A stretch of DNA of 59,027 nt, taken from an uncultured Bacilli bacterium (GTDB taxonomy: Bacteria; Bacillota_I; Bacilli_A; RF39; UBA660). A model generated the notes under the pieces. It was given only the letters and a program-made list of their open reading frames with translations, was not told where the DNA came from and made no database searches. Shown here piece after piece: positions 40,239-49,705 of this stretch. Numbering within the stretch: the first letter of the stretch is position 1; the number at the start of each line of letters is the position of its first letter. The stretch lies in NCBI GenBank assembly GCA_948629335.1, contig CAPHZB010000001.1, positions 1-59,027 of the forward strand, read 5' to 3'. The position numbers were made by a program, and so were the translations under genes.

Positions 40239-40901
40239 TTATTCTAGCGATATTTTGATGGTTATAGTTTTCTTTTTATGTGAAGTTTCAATTTTTACTT
40301 TACCTATTTCACTAAGCTTGCTGATATGAATACCACCACATGGAATTTTATAATTCATACATTGCCAATATCTATAATGTTCTTTCTCTACATCAGGATA
40401 AGTGATAACCTCATTATCAGTTTGAGCTAATTTATAGAATCTATCTTCTACTTCAGTTAAAATAGATATATCAAAACTATTTTCGTCATATTTATTATAA
40501 GCAAAACCATCTTCGATTGTAGATATTAAAGGATAATCTAACTTACTGCCTTTAACTTCCTCTATAATAGCATGAATTAAATGTAATGAAGTATGAAGCC
40601 TCATTTGTTTATACCTAAATTCCCAATCTAAATAACAATTTATATCTTTATTTATATATTTTTGATTGATACTATCTTCCATCATTAAAATACTATTATA
40701 ATTCTCATCTTTTATTGAATTTAGTATATTATACTTTTTTCCATCTATAATTAAGTAACCTCTATCACCTTTTTGGCCCCCACCCTGTGGATAAAAAATA
40801 CTATTCTCAAGTCTAATAAAACATTTTTCATTTTCAAAAAATATGTCAATTATTTTTGTTTGTAATTCTTTTTTATATTTATCTTCATAATATAATTTCA
40901 T
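40239..40901 (-). CDS. AlaX-type alanyl-tRNA editing protein (Ser-tRNA(Ala) deacylase-like)
   Basis: HTSLH (HxxxH) and CGGIH (CxxxH) zinc motifs of the Ala/Thr-tRNA synthetase second additional domain. Confidence 0.8.
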   Translation of the reverse strand: MKLYYEDKYKKELQTKIIDIFFENEKCFIRLENSIFYPQGGGQKGDRGYLIIDGKKYNILNSIKDENYNSILMMEDSINQKYINKDINCYLDWEFRYKQMRLHTSLHLIHAIIEEVKGSKLDYPLISTIEDGFAYNKYDENSFDISILTEVEDRFYKLAQTDNEVITYPDVEKEHYRYWQCMNYKIPCGGIHISKLSEIGKVKIETSHKKKTITIKISLE

Positions 40902-40904
40902 AAT

Positions 40905-41342
40905 TCATACATCCATTTCTATAGCAACATGGGAAACTCCCTCTTCTAAAAATTCGCTAGATACAGCCTTAAATCCAAATTGTTCATAAAAAGTTAATGC
41001 ATGTTTTTGTGCATGTCCATATAATCTAGCACAATTCATTCTTTCTTTTATAGCTTTTAAACTCTCGCTCCATAGAGATTTACCAATGCCTTTACCATGT
41101 TCAATAGTCAAAAATCTTCCAAGTCTAACTACTTTTTTGCTATCATCTTCATAAAAAGCTCGTAAATAGGCTATGACATGCCCTTTCTCCATAAAAAAGC
41201 AATGCAAACTATCATAATCAATATCATCCATATCTAAATAACGAATGCCTTGCTCAACAACAAATATTTTTGCTCTCGCTTTTAATATTTCATATAATTC
41301 TTCTTTTGATAATTCATTAAATTTTTTTGCAACGAAATTCAT
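40905..41342 (-). CDS. GNAT-family N-acetyltransferase (ElaA-like)
   Basis: ...RLGRFLTIEHGKGIGKSLW... acetyl-CoA-binding pattern. Start set at MNFVAKK, after GGGAGG. Confidence 0.8.
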   Translation of the reverse strand: MNFVAKKFNELSKEELYEILKARAKIFVVEQGIRYLDMDDIDYDSLHCFFMEKGHVIAYLRAFYEDDSKKVVRLGRFLTIEHGKGIGKSLWSESLKAIKERMNCARLYGHAQKHALTFYEQFGFKAVSSEFLEEGVSHVAIEMDV

Positions 41343-41789
41343 AATCATACCTCCCTTTGTTTTATGCAATATTTCTATGTATTTTTATTATAGCAGTTTT
41401 AAAGAATTTATCATATAGTTATCTCCCAAAAACTATTTTTTTAGATTTTCGATAATTTTTAATCCTTATAAAATAATGGTTTTCAAAAATGGAAAATTCA
41501 AATTTTATACTTTATGGGAGGTAATCATCATATAAATATAACATTTTTTTGTTCATTTTTAAAATATTATTTTCTGAAAAAATATATTAGGAAAAACAAC
41601 AGGACATAAGAAAACGCCACGAAATCTTATAAGCCTTATGAATAAAAGTTTTCTAACAGTTTTTCCTGCACCGCGAGGTATTTCGCACTTGCGAAATGCT
41701 TATACAAGCAATTTATTTCTAACATAAGTGCATTATTCTAAAGGAAAAACTTGTATGTACAATTGTATTTACATCAAACCATTTCTGTG

Positions 41790-41900
41790 TCATTTGCACA
41801 ACAATATTTCTGTTTCCTGCCTAGAAATTGCTTTTTCTGTAACAAACAATTTTTCTGCAAGTGCCTCTTGTGTTTTTCCTAATTCTTTTCTTTTGTTTAA
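41790..41900 (-). pseudogene. 5'-truncated remnant of an XRE-type HTH gene
   Basis: LNKRKELGKTQEALAEKLFVTEKAISRQETEILLCK* has no start codon and diverges at the W-E-x-G position. Confidence 0.4.
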
Positions 41901-41915
41901 ATAAAACAAGAGATT

Positions 41916-42563
41916 TTACTTAAATTCATCTAAATCATCAACTAATCTACATGTATGACTGTTTAAAAAGTCCTGATACTCTTTATATGTTTTCTCATTT
42001 CCGTCTCTGTAATATATGTATATTATACTATCAATATTTAAAATCTTATAATACTTCCCTATGTAATAATGAAATTTATCTGTAGCGCCAGCAGAGTAAG
42101 AATAGATTTCGTAGTGGTCTACACAGTAGTAATGCGTATCTTCATAGATACCATTGCTTCCTTTATCTTGTCTCATTTCGGTATAAGAAAGAAGTAAAAA
42201 AAGAAGAAAAAGTGGAATGTAGAAAATGGAGATAAATATTGCAATACAGACTGTAAAGATTTTTATATGTTTGCTTTCTAAAAAATTGGACCAAAGAAAT
42301 GGAAGTATACTAGACATAGCAAATAAAAGTTGGAACCTATCTTTAGAGAATAAACATAGAAATAAAAAGATAAGAATACCTAAACTTTTATACTTTACAT
42401 CCTTTTTATATGTAACGATTATAAGTACATTGAGAATTATACATGTAATCACTATCAATTGATATAGTAGTCCTCCTACTTGAAAATGGCTTAAGACTAA
42501 ATTATTTATTATGAATAATAGGGCTAAAATGCCTACATAGTAAGTAATAAAAAAATGTTTCAT
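41916..42563 (-). CDS. Hypothetical integral membrane protein
   Basis: Five or six hydrophobic segments followed by a soluble Tyr-rich C-terminus. No motif recognised. Confidence 0.55.
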   Translation of the reverse strand: MKHFFITYYVGILALLFIINNLVLSHFQVGGLLYQLIVITCIILNVLIIVTYKKDVKYKSLGILIFLFLCLFSKDRFQLLFAMSSILPFLWSNFLESKHIKIFTVCIAIFISIFYIPLFLLFLLLSYTEMRQDKGSNGIYEDTHYYCVDHYEIYSYSAGATDKFHYYIGKYYKILNIDSIIYIYYRDGNEKTYKEYQDFLNSHTCRLVDDLDEFK

Positions 42564-42824
42564 AAGAATGCCTTCTTTCTATATTTAGAATACCACAAGA
42601 ATAGAAAAAAGTAATCCTACGAATTGTAGGATTCATGTACTTTGGTATTATATCCCTTAAAAAATAAACAAACCAACAAAGTATAGTAGAATCTTATTAT
42701 ATAGGCAGAATGAATATGTATAGGTAGAATTAAGAATAAATACTAACGATTTTTAGAAATCATAAACTTTTTTTCTTTTTTTCTGTAACAGAATGTGTTA
42801 AACTAGTGTTAATGAGGTGTAAGC

Positions 42825-44117
42825 ATGCTAAAAGAGAGGGTTTTGCCTGCGGATTTATTTACAGTTGTAAATAAAACGATATTACAGGATAAAGATAGAG
42901 ATTTATTATATATGTTATATCAGCCAATTATTGGTGCAGATGCAGTAAGTCTTTACTTTTCTTTATGCATGTATTTAGATAAATTAGAGGTAATATCAAA
43001 TGATTGGAACCATCATCATTTAATGACTACTTTACGAATGTCTTTAGAAACAATCGTGGTTGCTCGTGAGAAATTAGAAGCAGTAGGACTTTTAAAAACT
43101 TATGTAAAAAAAGGAACGATTAATGAATTTGTCTATGAAATTTATTCACCACTTTCTGCTTCTGAATTTTTTGGAAATCCACTTCTTTCCACTATTTTAT
43201 ATAATAATGTAGGAGATAAAGAATATGAAAGACTGACTTCTATTTTTATCTTACCAAAGATTAATTTAAAAGAATATGAAGATATTACATGTAAATTTCA
43301 AGATGTCTTTGAACCAGAAGATATTACAAATTTTGAACAATTGCTTCTTGATCTAAGGCAAAGTCATAAAAATAAATTAGAAATTATGGCAACAATTGAT
43401 TTAGAACACATTTTGACAACCATTCCCGAAGAAATGCTGAATATCCGAAGTATTACAAATGAAACAAGGGAATTTTTATATCGAATATCATTTGTGTATG
43501 GTTTTTCGGATAATGAAATGATTCATCTTCTGCAGTCTTCTTTAACCGTAAAACGAACGATTGATAAAGAAAAATTCATGTCGAATGCTAGAAACTATTA
43601 TAAATTTGAACATTTTGGTGAACTCCCTTCTTTAGCGCTTAAAACACAACCAGAGTACTTAAGAAAGAAAAATAGAACAACGAATATGCGTGATAAAAAA
43701 ATTTACGAATTTGAAACAACTCCTCCTTATGAATATTTATATAGTAAACATACAGGAACTCGTCTAACAGATGCAGAAATTCAAATGCTTTCTTATCTAC
43801 TTTGTGAAATGTGTTTAAATCCAGGAGTTGTCAATGTTTTACTTGATTATGTTTTACAAGAAAGTGAAAACAAATTGGTGCCTACTTATGTAGAGAGTGT
43901 TGCAGGCTTATTCTCTAGAAATAAAATTACCACGGTTGAACAAGCGATGGAACTGGCTGAAAAAGAACATAAAAAAAGATTGGAAATGAAAAAGAAAAAA
44001 ACACCAAATAAACAGGAACAAGTGCCTGTTTGGATTGATAAAGAATTTGAAGTAAAAGAAGCGTCTAAAGAAGAGCAAGAAAAAATGAAAGAAATGATAA
44101 GTCGGGTGATTAAATGA
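42825..44117 (+). CDS. dnaB: Replication initiation and membrane attachment protein DnaB (Bacillus-type, DnaD-domain)
   Basis: The N-terminus parallels B. subtilis DnaB (...LYQPIIGADAVSLYFSL..., KLEAVGLLKTYVKK, EFFGNPLLSTILYNNVG). It overlaps dnaI (ATGA). Confidence 0.85.
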   Translation: MLKERVLPADLFTVVNKTILQDKDRDLLYMLYQPIIGADAVSLYFSLCMYLDKLEVISNDWNHHHLMTTLRMSLETIVVAREKLEAVGLLKTYVKKGTINEFVYEIYSPLSASEFFGNPLLSTILYNNVGDKEYERLTSIFILPKINLKEYEDITCKFQDVFEPEDITNFEQLLLDLRQSHKNKLEIMATIDLEHILTTIPEEMLNIRSITNETREFLYRISFVYGFSDNEMIHLLQSSLTVKRTIDKEKFMSNARNYYKFEHFGELPSLALKTQPEYLRKKNRTTNMRDKKIYEFETTPPYEYLYSKHTGTRLTDAEIQMLSYLLCEMCLNPGVVNVLLDYVLQESENKLVPTYVESVAGLFSRNKITTVEQAMELAEKEHKKRLEMKKKKTPNKQEQVPVWIDKEFEVKEASKEEQEKMKEMISRVIK

Positions 44118-45034
44118 AGACCACAGGAGAACTTTTACAAAAGTATGAAAGAAAAGATTTAGAAAGTATGCTTTTAAATAATTTTAAGGTGGCATTAAAA
44201 AATCCTGTTTTTGAACAATTAGTTGGAAAATTAAAACTCTCACGTGAAGAACTTTCAAAATATACAACTGTATTAGAAGATTGTTCAAAGGAATATGCTC
44301 ACTGCCTACAGTGTAAAAATTTACTGGAATGCAAGAATGAGATTGAAGGACATGCCTATTTACCAGAAGTAAAAAATGGGAAACTACGATTTGGATATAA
44401 GCCTTGTAAATTTATGCTTAAGTATCAAAAAGAAAACGAACATTTAAAATATGTATATACCTTAGAAGAACCATCTGAAATAGAAATGGCTAAATTTTCA
44501 GAAATTGATTTAAAGGATACCACAAGACTTCCAATTATCACTTATCTCACTGAATTTATTACAAGCTATCGAGAAACAAAAGAGGGAAAAGGTTTATATC
44601 TACATGGTAGCTTTGGAGCCGGAAAGACGTACTTAATTTCTGCTACCTTTCATGAACTTGCAAAAGATAAGGTAGGAAGTGCAATTCTCTTTTGGCCAGA
44701 GTATTTAAATGAGCTAAAAGCCAGTTTTGGAACAAGTGATTTTAAGGAAAAAATGGATAAAGCGAAGAAAGCTAAATTGTTACTGATTGATGATATTGGT
44801 GCAGAAAATACAACTTCATGGAGTCGCGACGATGTCCTATGTCCAATTTTACAACACCGTATGGAAGAGAGATTACCAACCTTCTTTACTTCAAATTTCA
44901 CGTTGGAACAATTGGAAAACCATCTGGCGATGAGTTCATCAGGGTATGAGGTTGTAAAAGCTAAACGAATTATCGAACGGATGAAGCAACTTGCAACACC
45001 AGTAGAGTTGACAAGTAAAAATCTAAGAAACTAA
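44114..45034 (+). CDS. dnaI: Primosomal helicase loader DnaI
   Basis: N-terminal Cys-rich zinc domain (CLQCKNLLEC...C), GSFGAGKTY Walker A and LLLIDDIGAE Walker B. Confidence 0.9.
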   Translation: MKTTGELLQKYERKDLESMLLNNFKVALKNPVFEQLVGKLKLSREELSKYTTVLEDCSKEYAHCLQCKNLLECKNEIEGHAYLPEVKNGKLRFGYKPCKFMLKYQKENEHLKYVYTLEEPSEIEMAKFSEIDLKDTTRLPIITYLTEFITSYRETKEGKGLYLHGSFGAGKTYLISATFHELAKDKVGSAILFWPEYLNELKASFGTSDFKEKMDKAKKAKLLLIDDIGAENTTSWSRDDVLCPILQHRMEERLPTFFTSNFTLEQLENHLAMSSSGYEVVKAKRIIERMKQLATPVELTSKNLRN

Positions 45035-45055
45035 TATTGTATAGGGGGAATTTAT

Positions 45056-47461
45056 ATGGAACAAATATTAAATTTAACAGTAGAACAATTAGAAGAAAGA
45101 ATAAAAGAGGAGCCTATTGAACAAATAAGAAAAACTTTACGTTATTTAAAGAAGGTGCATGGGGCACTGGTTTATGACAAACATCATTATGAAAGAATAG
45201 ATGATTCTAAAAATTTAGCACTTGTGAGAGAGAAAATAAAAAGGGTAAGAAAGATGGAAGATATATTACAACGAAAAATAGAATCTTTTCCTGTTTCTAC
45301 CCATAAACGTGAAAGAAATGAACATATTCCTGTTTATCTAAGAATGGAAGCTTCTTCATTTAGAGATTTGACTCTTTTATCTACGACGCTTTTAGGAGAG
45401 GAAATGGGAGAGCAAATCAAGAGTTTAGATAGCAAGTTAGATAGCGAAAAAAAGCTACAAATTCTTGGAGAGGTCATTCCTACTCTTGAAGGGATACATT
45501 CTCACATAAAGTGTCAAGAGGAAAAACTCTATCAAGAATTCGCAGAATTATTTGGAATCAAAATAAATAAGTCTATGAAAAAGGAAGTACATAATCGAAT
45601 GAAAGATACATTATATGAACCTTTTCAAGTTCGATTAGATTATTACCGAGAAACACTTTTACAAATAAATCGAGTATTAGAAAGACTTTATACATTACGA
45701 GGAATTTATAAAACTGCATTATTAAAACAGGAGAAAGAAGAGATGCGAAGGGAAGAAAACATATTCTTAGATAATGATAAAGAAATAATTTTAGATTTCG
45801 TTTCAGCTTTTTTTCATGATGATAGTACTCTTAAAGAAAATGTACATTCCTTTTTGAACAAAGATATTTTAGAAGAATTTGATGCAGTATGCGCAAGTTT
45901 AGAGAAAATAACAGATATTTTTATGGAGTCTTTTGTAACTTTACATAAAGAAAATATTGTTTGTTTGTGTAATGTGATGAAAAATAAAATCATAGCAAGA
46001 ATGAATGAAATAAAGTCTTATTTACCAAAAGAGGATGCACAGGGATATACGAGAGAACTTAAAAAAGTAGCAAAAATTTATGAAAAAATGAAAAAAGCAT
46101 CTATGGAGAAGAAAGAAAAAGTGGAAAAGACAGATGCTTATTATGACTTATTTGAAGTATTACTTAAAAATCCTAATAATTATTATTATGCCTCAAAAAT
46201 ATTAGATATTGTTGAAGATAAATTACCATTCTTTACGATTGAAAGACTAGTTGAGGAAGTGATTACTTTATTTGCTCAAAGTCACCGATTAAAAATAGAG
46301 GGGCAAACAAGGGATGTTATCACTCCGAACTATTATTGTCGTATTTTAATTTTATTTGAGAAGAAAGAACTAATTTCTAATCGCATGCAAGTGTATCTTT
46401 CTAATTGCCTAGAAGAACTTAAGGAATATGCCTGCAGTAAAAAGGAATCAATAAGTAAGGATGCTGCCTTAAGGGATATTGAGAAACTTCAACAAGGCGG
46501 ATGGATGCTCTCTTATGTAGAAGAAAAAGAGAAAATTGCCACTTTAGAAGTGAAGAAAGCAGTACAAGAGAGGCTACAATATATTAACAAAGATAGTAAG
46601 GTAGAAAAGAACACTGATTACAGGGCTAGAACCTTTGCTCTTGGGAATTTGGCTTATTCTATACAGTATAATGAAGAAGGAAATCAATACTTTAGAGTAC
46701 ACCTTTTGGATACAAGCCATCTTATTTTTGAAGATACAAAAGCAGATGAAATCATCAAAAAGCATATGCTTTTAAATCAAAAGGTACCGTTTGATTTATC
46801 CTATAAAAAGAATATTACTTATCCTGTACTTACTTTTCAATATAGAATTTATAATAACAATAGTAGTCGCTTAAAAATGTTTGAGGATACAATTTCTATT
46901 GATGAAGTATATAACAAAAGTGATTTAAAAAATTATAGGGAAATCCCAGATTTAAAAGCGCTTATTGCCTCTTATAAAAGAATTTGGGAAGCAGAAGTAA
47001 CAAATGACATTAATAAACAAGTAGAAGATAGGATTTGTGATGAGATTCTAATGCTTTTAAAGAATTGTACAAAAGAAGTTCCTTGTATGTATAAACAGTC
47101 ATTAAAAAGAAGTATGGAGCGAACAAAGGAAGAAAACATGCTTTCTTTAGGACATATCCTATATAAAATAGATAAAAAAGTAGCTCATAAAATTTGGGCA
47201 ATTTTAGAAGAGGACATTCCTCCTATTTATACAACTTCAATTACAGAAGAAACTTATCTTGAACTTCAGCCATTTTCTTATGAAACCATTCATCTTTACC
47301 GTTCTATAAAAAGAATATGGAATGAAACATATGATTTCTATGAGGAATATAACAGGAATAAGGCAGAAATTCAGTCTTATTGCCAAGCCTATAATGAACA
47401 ATATGGTTATGTGGATGGTCTATCGTCTGAAAAAGGTGCGAAAAAGGTAAAAAGGAATTGA
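45056..47461 (+). CDS. Hypothetical large protein (801 aa) in the dnaI-thrS interval
   Basis: GGGGGA RBS 21 bp after dnaI. Long uninterrupted ORF. No motif recognised. Confidence 0.65.
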   Translation: MEQILNLTVEQLEERIKEEPIEQIRKTLRYLKKVHGALVYDKHHYERIDDSKNLALVREKIKRVRKMEDILQRKIESFPVSTHKRERNEHIPVYLRMEASSFRDLTLLSTTLLGEEMGEQIKSLDSKLDSEKKLQILGEVIPTLEGIHSHIKCQEEKLYQEFAELFGIKINKSMKKEVHNRMKDTLYEPFQVRLDYYRETLLQINRVLERLYTLRGIYKTALLKQEKEEMRREENIFLDNDKEIILDFVSAFFHDDSTLKENVHSFLNKDILEEFDAVCASLEKITDIFMESFVTLHKENIVCLCNVMKNKIIARMNEIKSYLPKEDAQGYTRELKKVAKIYEKMKKASMEKKEKVEKTDAYYDLFEVLLKNPNNYYYASKILDIVEDKLPFFTIERLVEEVITLFAQSHRLKIEGQTRDVITPNYYCRILILFEKKELISNRMQVYLSNCLEELKEYACSKKESISKDAALRDIEKLQQGGWMLSYVEEKEKIATLEVKKAVQERLQYINKDSKVEKNTDYRARTFALGNLAYSIQYNEEGNQYFRVHLLDTSHLIFEDTKADEIIKKHMLLNQKVPFDLSYKKNITYPVLTFQYRIYNNNSSRLKMFEDTISIDEVYNKSDLKNYREIPDLKALIASYKRIWEAEVTNDINKQVEDRICDEILMLLKNCTKEVPCMYKQSLKRSMERTKEENMLSLGHILYKIDKKVAHKIWAILEEDIPPIYTTSITEETYLELQPFSYETIHLYRSIKRIWNETYDFYEEYNRNKAEIQSYCQAYNEQYGYVDGLSSEKGAKKVKRN

Positions 47462-47485
47462 CAAACGAGACGAACGTGATAAAAT
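47458..47485 (+). promoter_or_regulatory. Promoter of the thrS leader (TTGACA-16-TGaTAAAAT)
   Basis: Consensus -35 overlaps the stop codon of the 801-aa ORF. Extended -10 TG at 47477..47478 and TAAAAT at 47480..47485. Confidence 0.55.
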
Positions 47486-47489
47486 GAAA

Positions 47490-47695
47490 TTATAAAGATT
47501 TTGATTAGGACACGACACCTTATCTATTTTTAGAAGAGAATTTGCGGTTGGTGAGAAGCAAATAAAAAAGGAAGGGTGCTACTACCTATGAATCGAACTC
47601 GAAAGATGTTCCGGTAAAAGCCGTTATCCAAATGAGACATAAGGTAGGATGGTACCGCGTATAAACGCTCCTTGAAACGAGGAGTGTTTTTTTAT
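47490..47695 (+). promoter_or_regulatory. T-box leader (Thr specifier) with terminator/antiterminator
   Basis: Stem I elements (AGAGA, GGTGAGA). Candidate specifier ACU followed by A at 47581..47584. T-box core GGATGGTACCGCG at 47647..47659. Terminator ACGCTCCT-N7-AGGAGTGT plus T8 at 47665..47694. Located upstream of thrS. Confidence 0.75.
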
Positions 47696-47882
47696 TAGGG
47701 AGGAAATTGAAATGAAGTTATGTACAAGTGAAAAATATGTATTATCTATCCCTAATTTTTTTAGAGAGCAAACTAAAAATTCATGTATCTAGAACAATTA
47801 GAAATGGTTCGTGATAGAATTTTAAAAGAATATGAGGTATGTTCAAATCAAAAATCTTATTATAAAAAGAGGAGAGATAGAA

Positions 47883-49637
47883 ATGATTAATTTTAAAGAA
47901 GATGAGAAATTAAATAAATTGAATCATAGTTGTGCCCACATGATGGCTCAAGCCGTTAAGCATTTATATCCAGAAGCAAAGTTCTGGGTAGGACCAGTGA
48001 TTGATACAGGATTTTACTATGATATTGATTTAGGTGACAAGGTTATTAGTGAAGAAGATATTATAGCCATTGAAAAGGAAATGAAAAAAATCGCGAAAGA
48101 TGGGAAAAAGATTGTTCGACATGAAATTACGAAACAAGAAGCTTTAGAAATGTTTAAAGATGATCCTTATAAAATTGATTTGATTGAAAGAATGAATGAG
48201 GAAGATACGGTTATTTCTTGCTATACACAAGGAGACTTTACAGATCTTTGTCGTGGACCTCATGTAGATACCGTAAAGGAATGTCGAAATTTTAAATTGA
48301 TTAAATTTAGTGGGGCCTATTATAAGGGAGATTCAAATAATAAGATGCTTCAAAGAATTTATGGTGTTTGTTTTGAAACGGAAGAGGAATTACAAGCCTA
48401 TCTACAGGAATTAGAAGATGCGAAAAATAGGGATCATAGAAAGATTGGAAAAGATTTAAATCTATTTATGACAAATGATTTAGTAGGAAAGGGTCTTCCA
48501 ATGTATTTGCCAAATGGATATATTGTTTGGGAAACATTAGAAAATTATATCAAAGGGAAAGAAAAAAAATTGGGGTATCAACATGTTTTAACTCCACCTC
48601 TTGGAAATGTAGAGCTTTATAAAACGAGTGGACACTGGGATCATTATCAAGAAAACATGTTCCCTAAAATGGAAGTAGATGGTGAGGAATTTGTCCTTCG
48701 TCCTATGAACTGTCCACATCATATGATGATTTATGCAAATGAAATACACTCTTATCGTGATTTACCTATTCGTATTGGAGAGATTGCTCGTGATTGTCGA
48801 TATGAGGCAAGTGGCGCACTCAAGGGAATTGAAAGAGTACGTAGTTTCTGTCAGAATGATGCCCATTTATTTGTAACACATGAACAAATTGAAAGCGAGT
48901 TTAAAAGCGTAGTGGGCTTAATTTTAGAAGTGTACAAAGAACTACATATCACAGATTATCATTTTGAATTATCCTTACGTGATAAAGAAGATAAAGTAAA
49001 ATATTATCCTGATGATGCGATGTGGGAAAATGCTGAAAATACTTTACGTAAAGTATTAGATGACATTGGCATTTCTTATGTCGAAAAAGTTGGAGAAGCA
49101 GCTTTTTATGGTCCTAAATTAGATGTGCAAGTAAAACCAGCTGTTGGAAATGAGTACACTTTATCTACGTGTCAATTGGATTTTTGCCTACCAATGAAAT
49201 TTAATTTAACCTATGTAGATAAAGATGGAACGAAAAAAACGCCTGTTGTTCTTCATCGTGCTGTATTTGGAAGTATTGATCGCTTTATAGCTTACTATTT
49301 AGAAGAGACAAAGGGGGCACTTCCAACTTGGCTTTCTCCAGTACAGGTGAATATTTTACCAGTCAATAACGAATATCATTTAGATTACGCAGAAGAAATC
49401 AGCGCTCTTTTAAAAGAGGAGGATATACGGGTTTCTCTAGATAGTCGCGAAGAGAAAATGGGATATCGTATGAGAGAATCTGTTTTAAAGAAGATTCCAA
49501 TTACTTTAATTCTTGGACAAAAAGAAGTAGATGGTGACTTAATTTCTTATCGTAGATATGGAAGTGAAGAAACATTAACTATGTCTAAAAAGGATTTTAT
49601 TTCATTACTTAAGGAAGAGATTAAACAAAAAAGATAA
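47883..49637 (+). CDS. thrS: Threonine--tRNA ligase lacking the N-terminal TGS domain
   Basis: HSCAHMMAQA editing-domain motif about 15 aa from the start. Class II motifs (FRPMNCPHH, RVRSFCQNDAH, GSIDRF). Anticodon-binding C-terminus. Strong RBS AGAGGAGAG before the ATG at 47883. Confidence 0.9.
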   Translation: MINFKEDEKLNKLNHSCAHMMAQAVKHLYPEAKFWVGPVIDTGFYYDIDLGDKVISEEDIIAIEKEMKKIAKDGKKIVRHEITKQEALEMFKDDPYKIDLIERMNEEDTVISCYTQGDFTDLCRGPHVDTVKECRNFKLIKFSGAYYKGDSNNKMLQRIYGVCFETEEELQAYLQELEDAKNRDHRKIGKDLNLFMTNDLVGKGLPMYLPNGYIVWETLENYIKGKEKKLGYQHVLTPPLGNVELYKTSGHWDHYQENMFPKMEVDGEEFVLRPMNCPHHMMIYANEIHSYRDLPIRIGEIARDCRYEASGALKGIERVRSFCQNDAHLFVTHEQIESEFKSVVGLILEVYKELHITDYHFELSLRDKEDKVKYYPDDAMWENAENTLRKVLDDIGISYVEKVGEAAFYGPKLDVQVKPAVGNEYTLSTCQLDFCLPMKFNLTYVDKDGTKKTPVVLHRAVFGSIDRFIAYYLEETKGALPTWLSPVQVNILPVNNEYHLDYAEEISALLKEEDIRVSLDSREEKMGYRMRESVLKKIPITLILGQKEVDGDLISYRRYGSEETLTMSKKDFISLLKEEIKQKR

Positions 49638-49651
49638 GGAAAATGTATAGG

Positions 49652-49673
49652 AAAAGACCAATGGTCTTTTTTC
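49652..49673 (+). terminator. Intrinsic terminator after thrS
   Basis: AAAAGACC-AAT-GGTCTTTT followed by TTC. Confidence 0.65.
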
Positions 49674-49705
49674 TTAAATTATGGTATGATGAATAGGGTG
49701 ATATA

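Noticed and set aside
47712-47882. The spacer between the T-box terminator and thrS as a recognisable frameshifted TGS domain
   Set aside because: Translations in all three frames show nothing like the TGS pattern (..I.LPDG....G.T..DIA..IS..L...). Only the absence of TGS from the ThrRS ORF can be stated.
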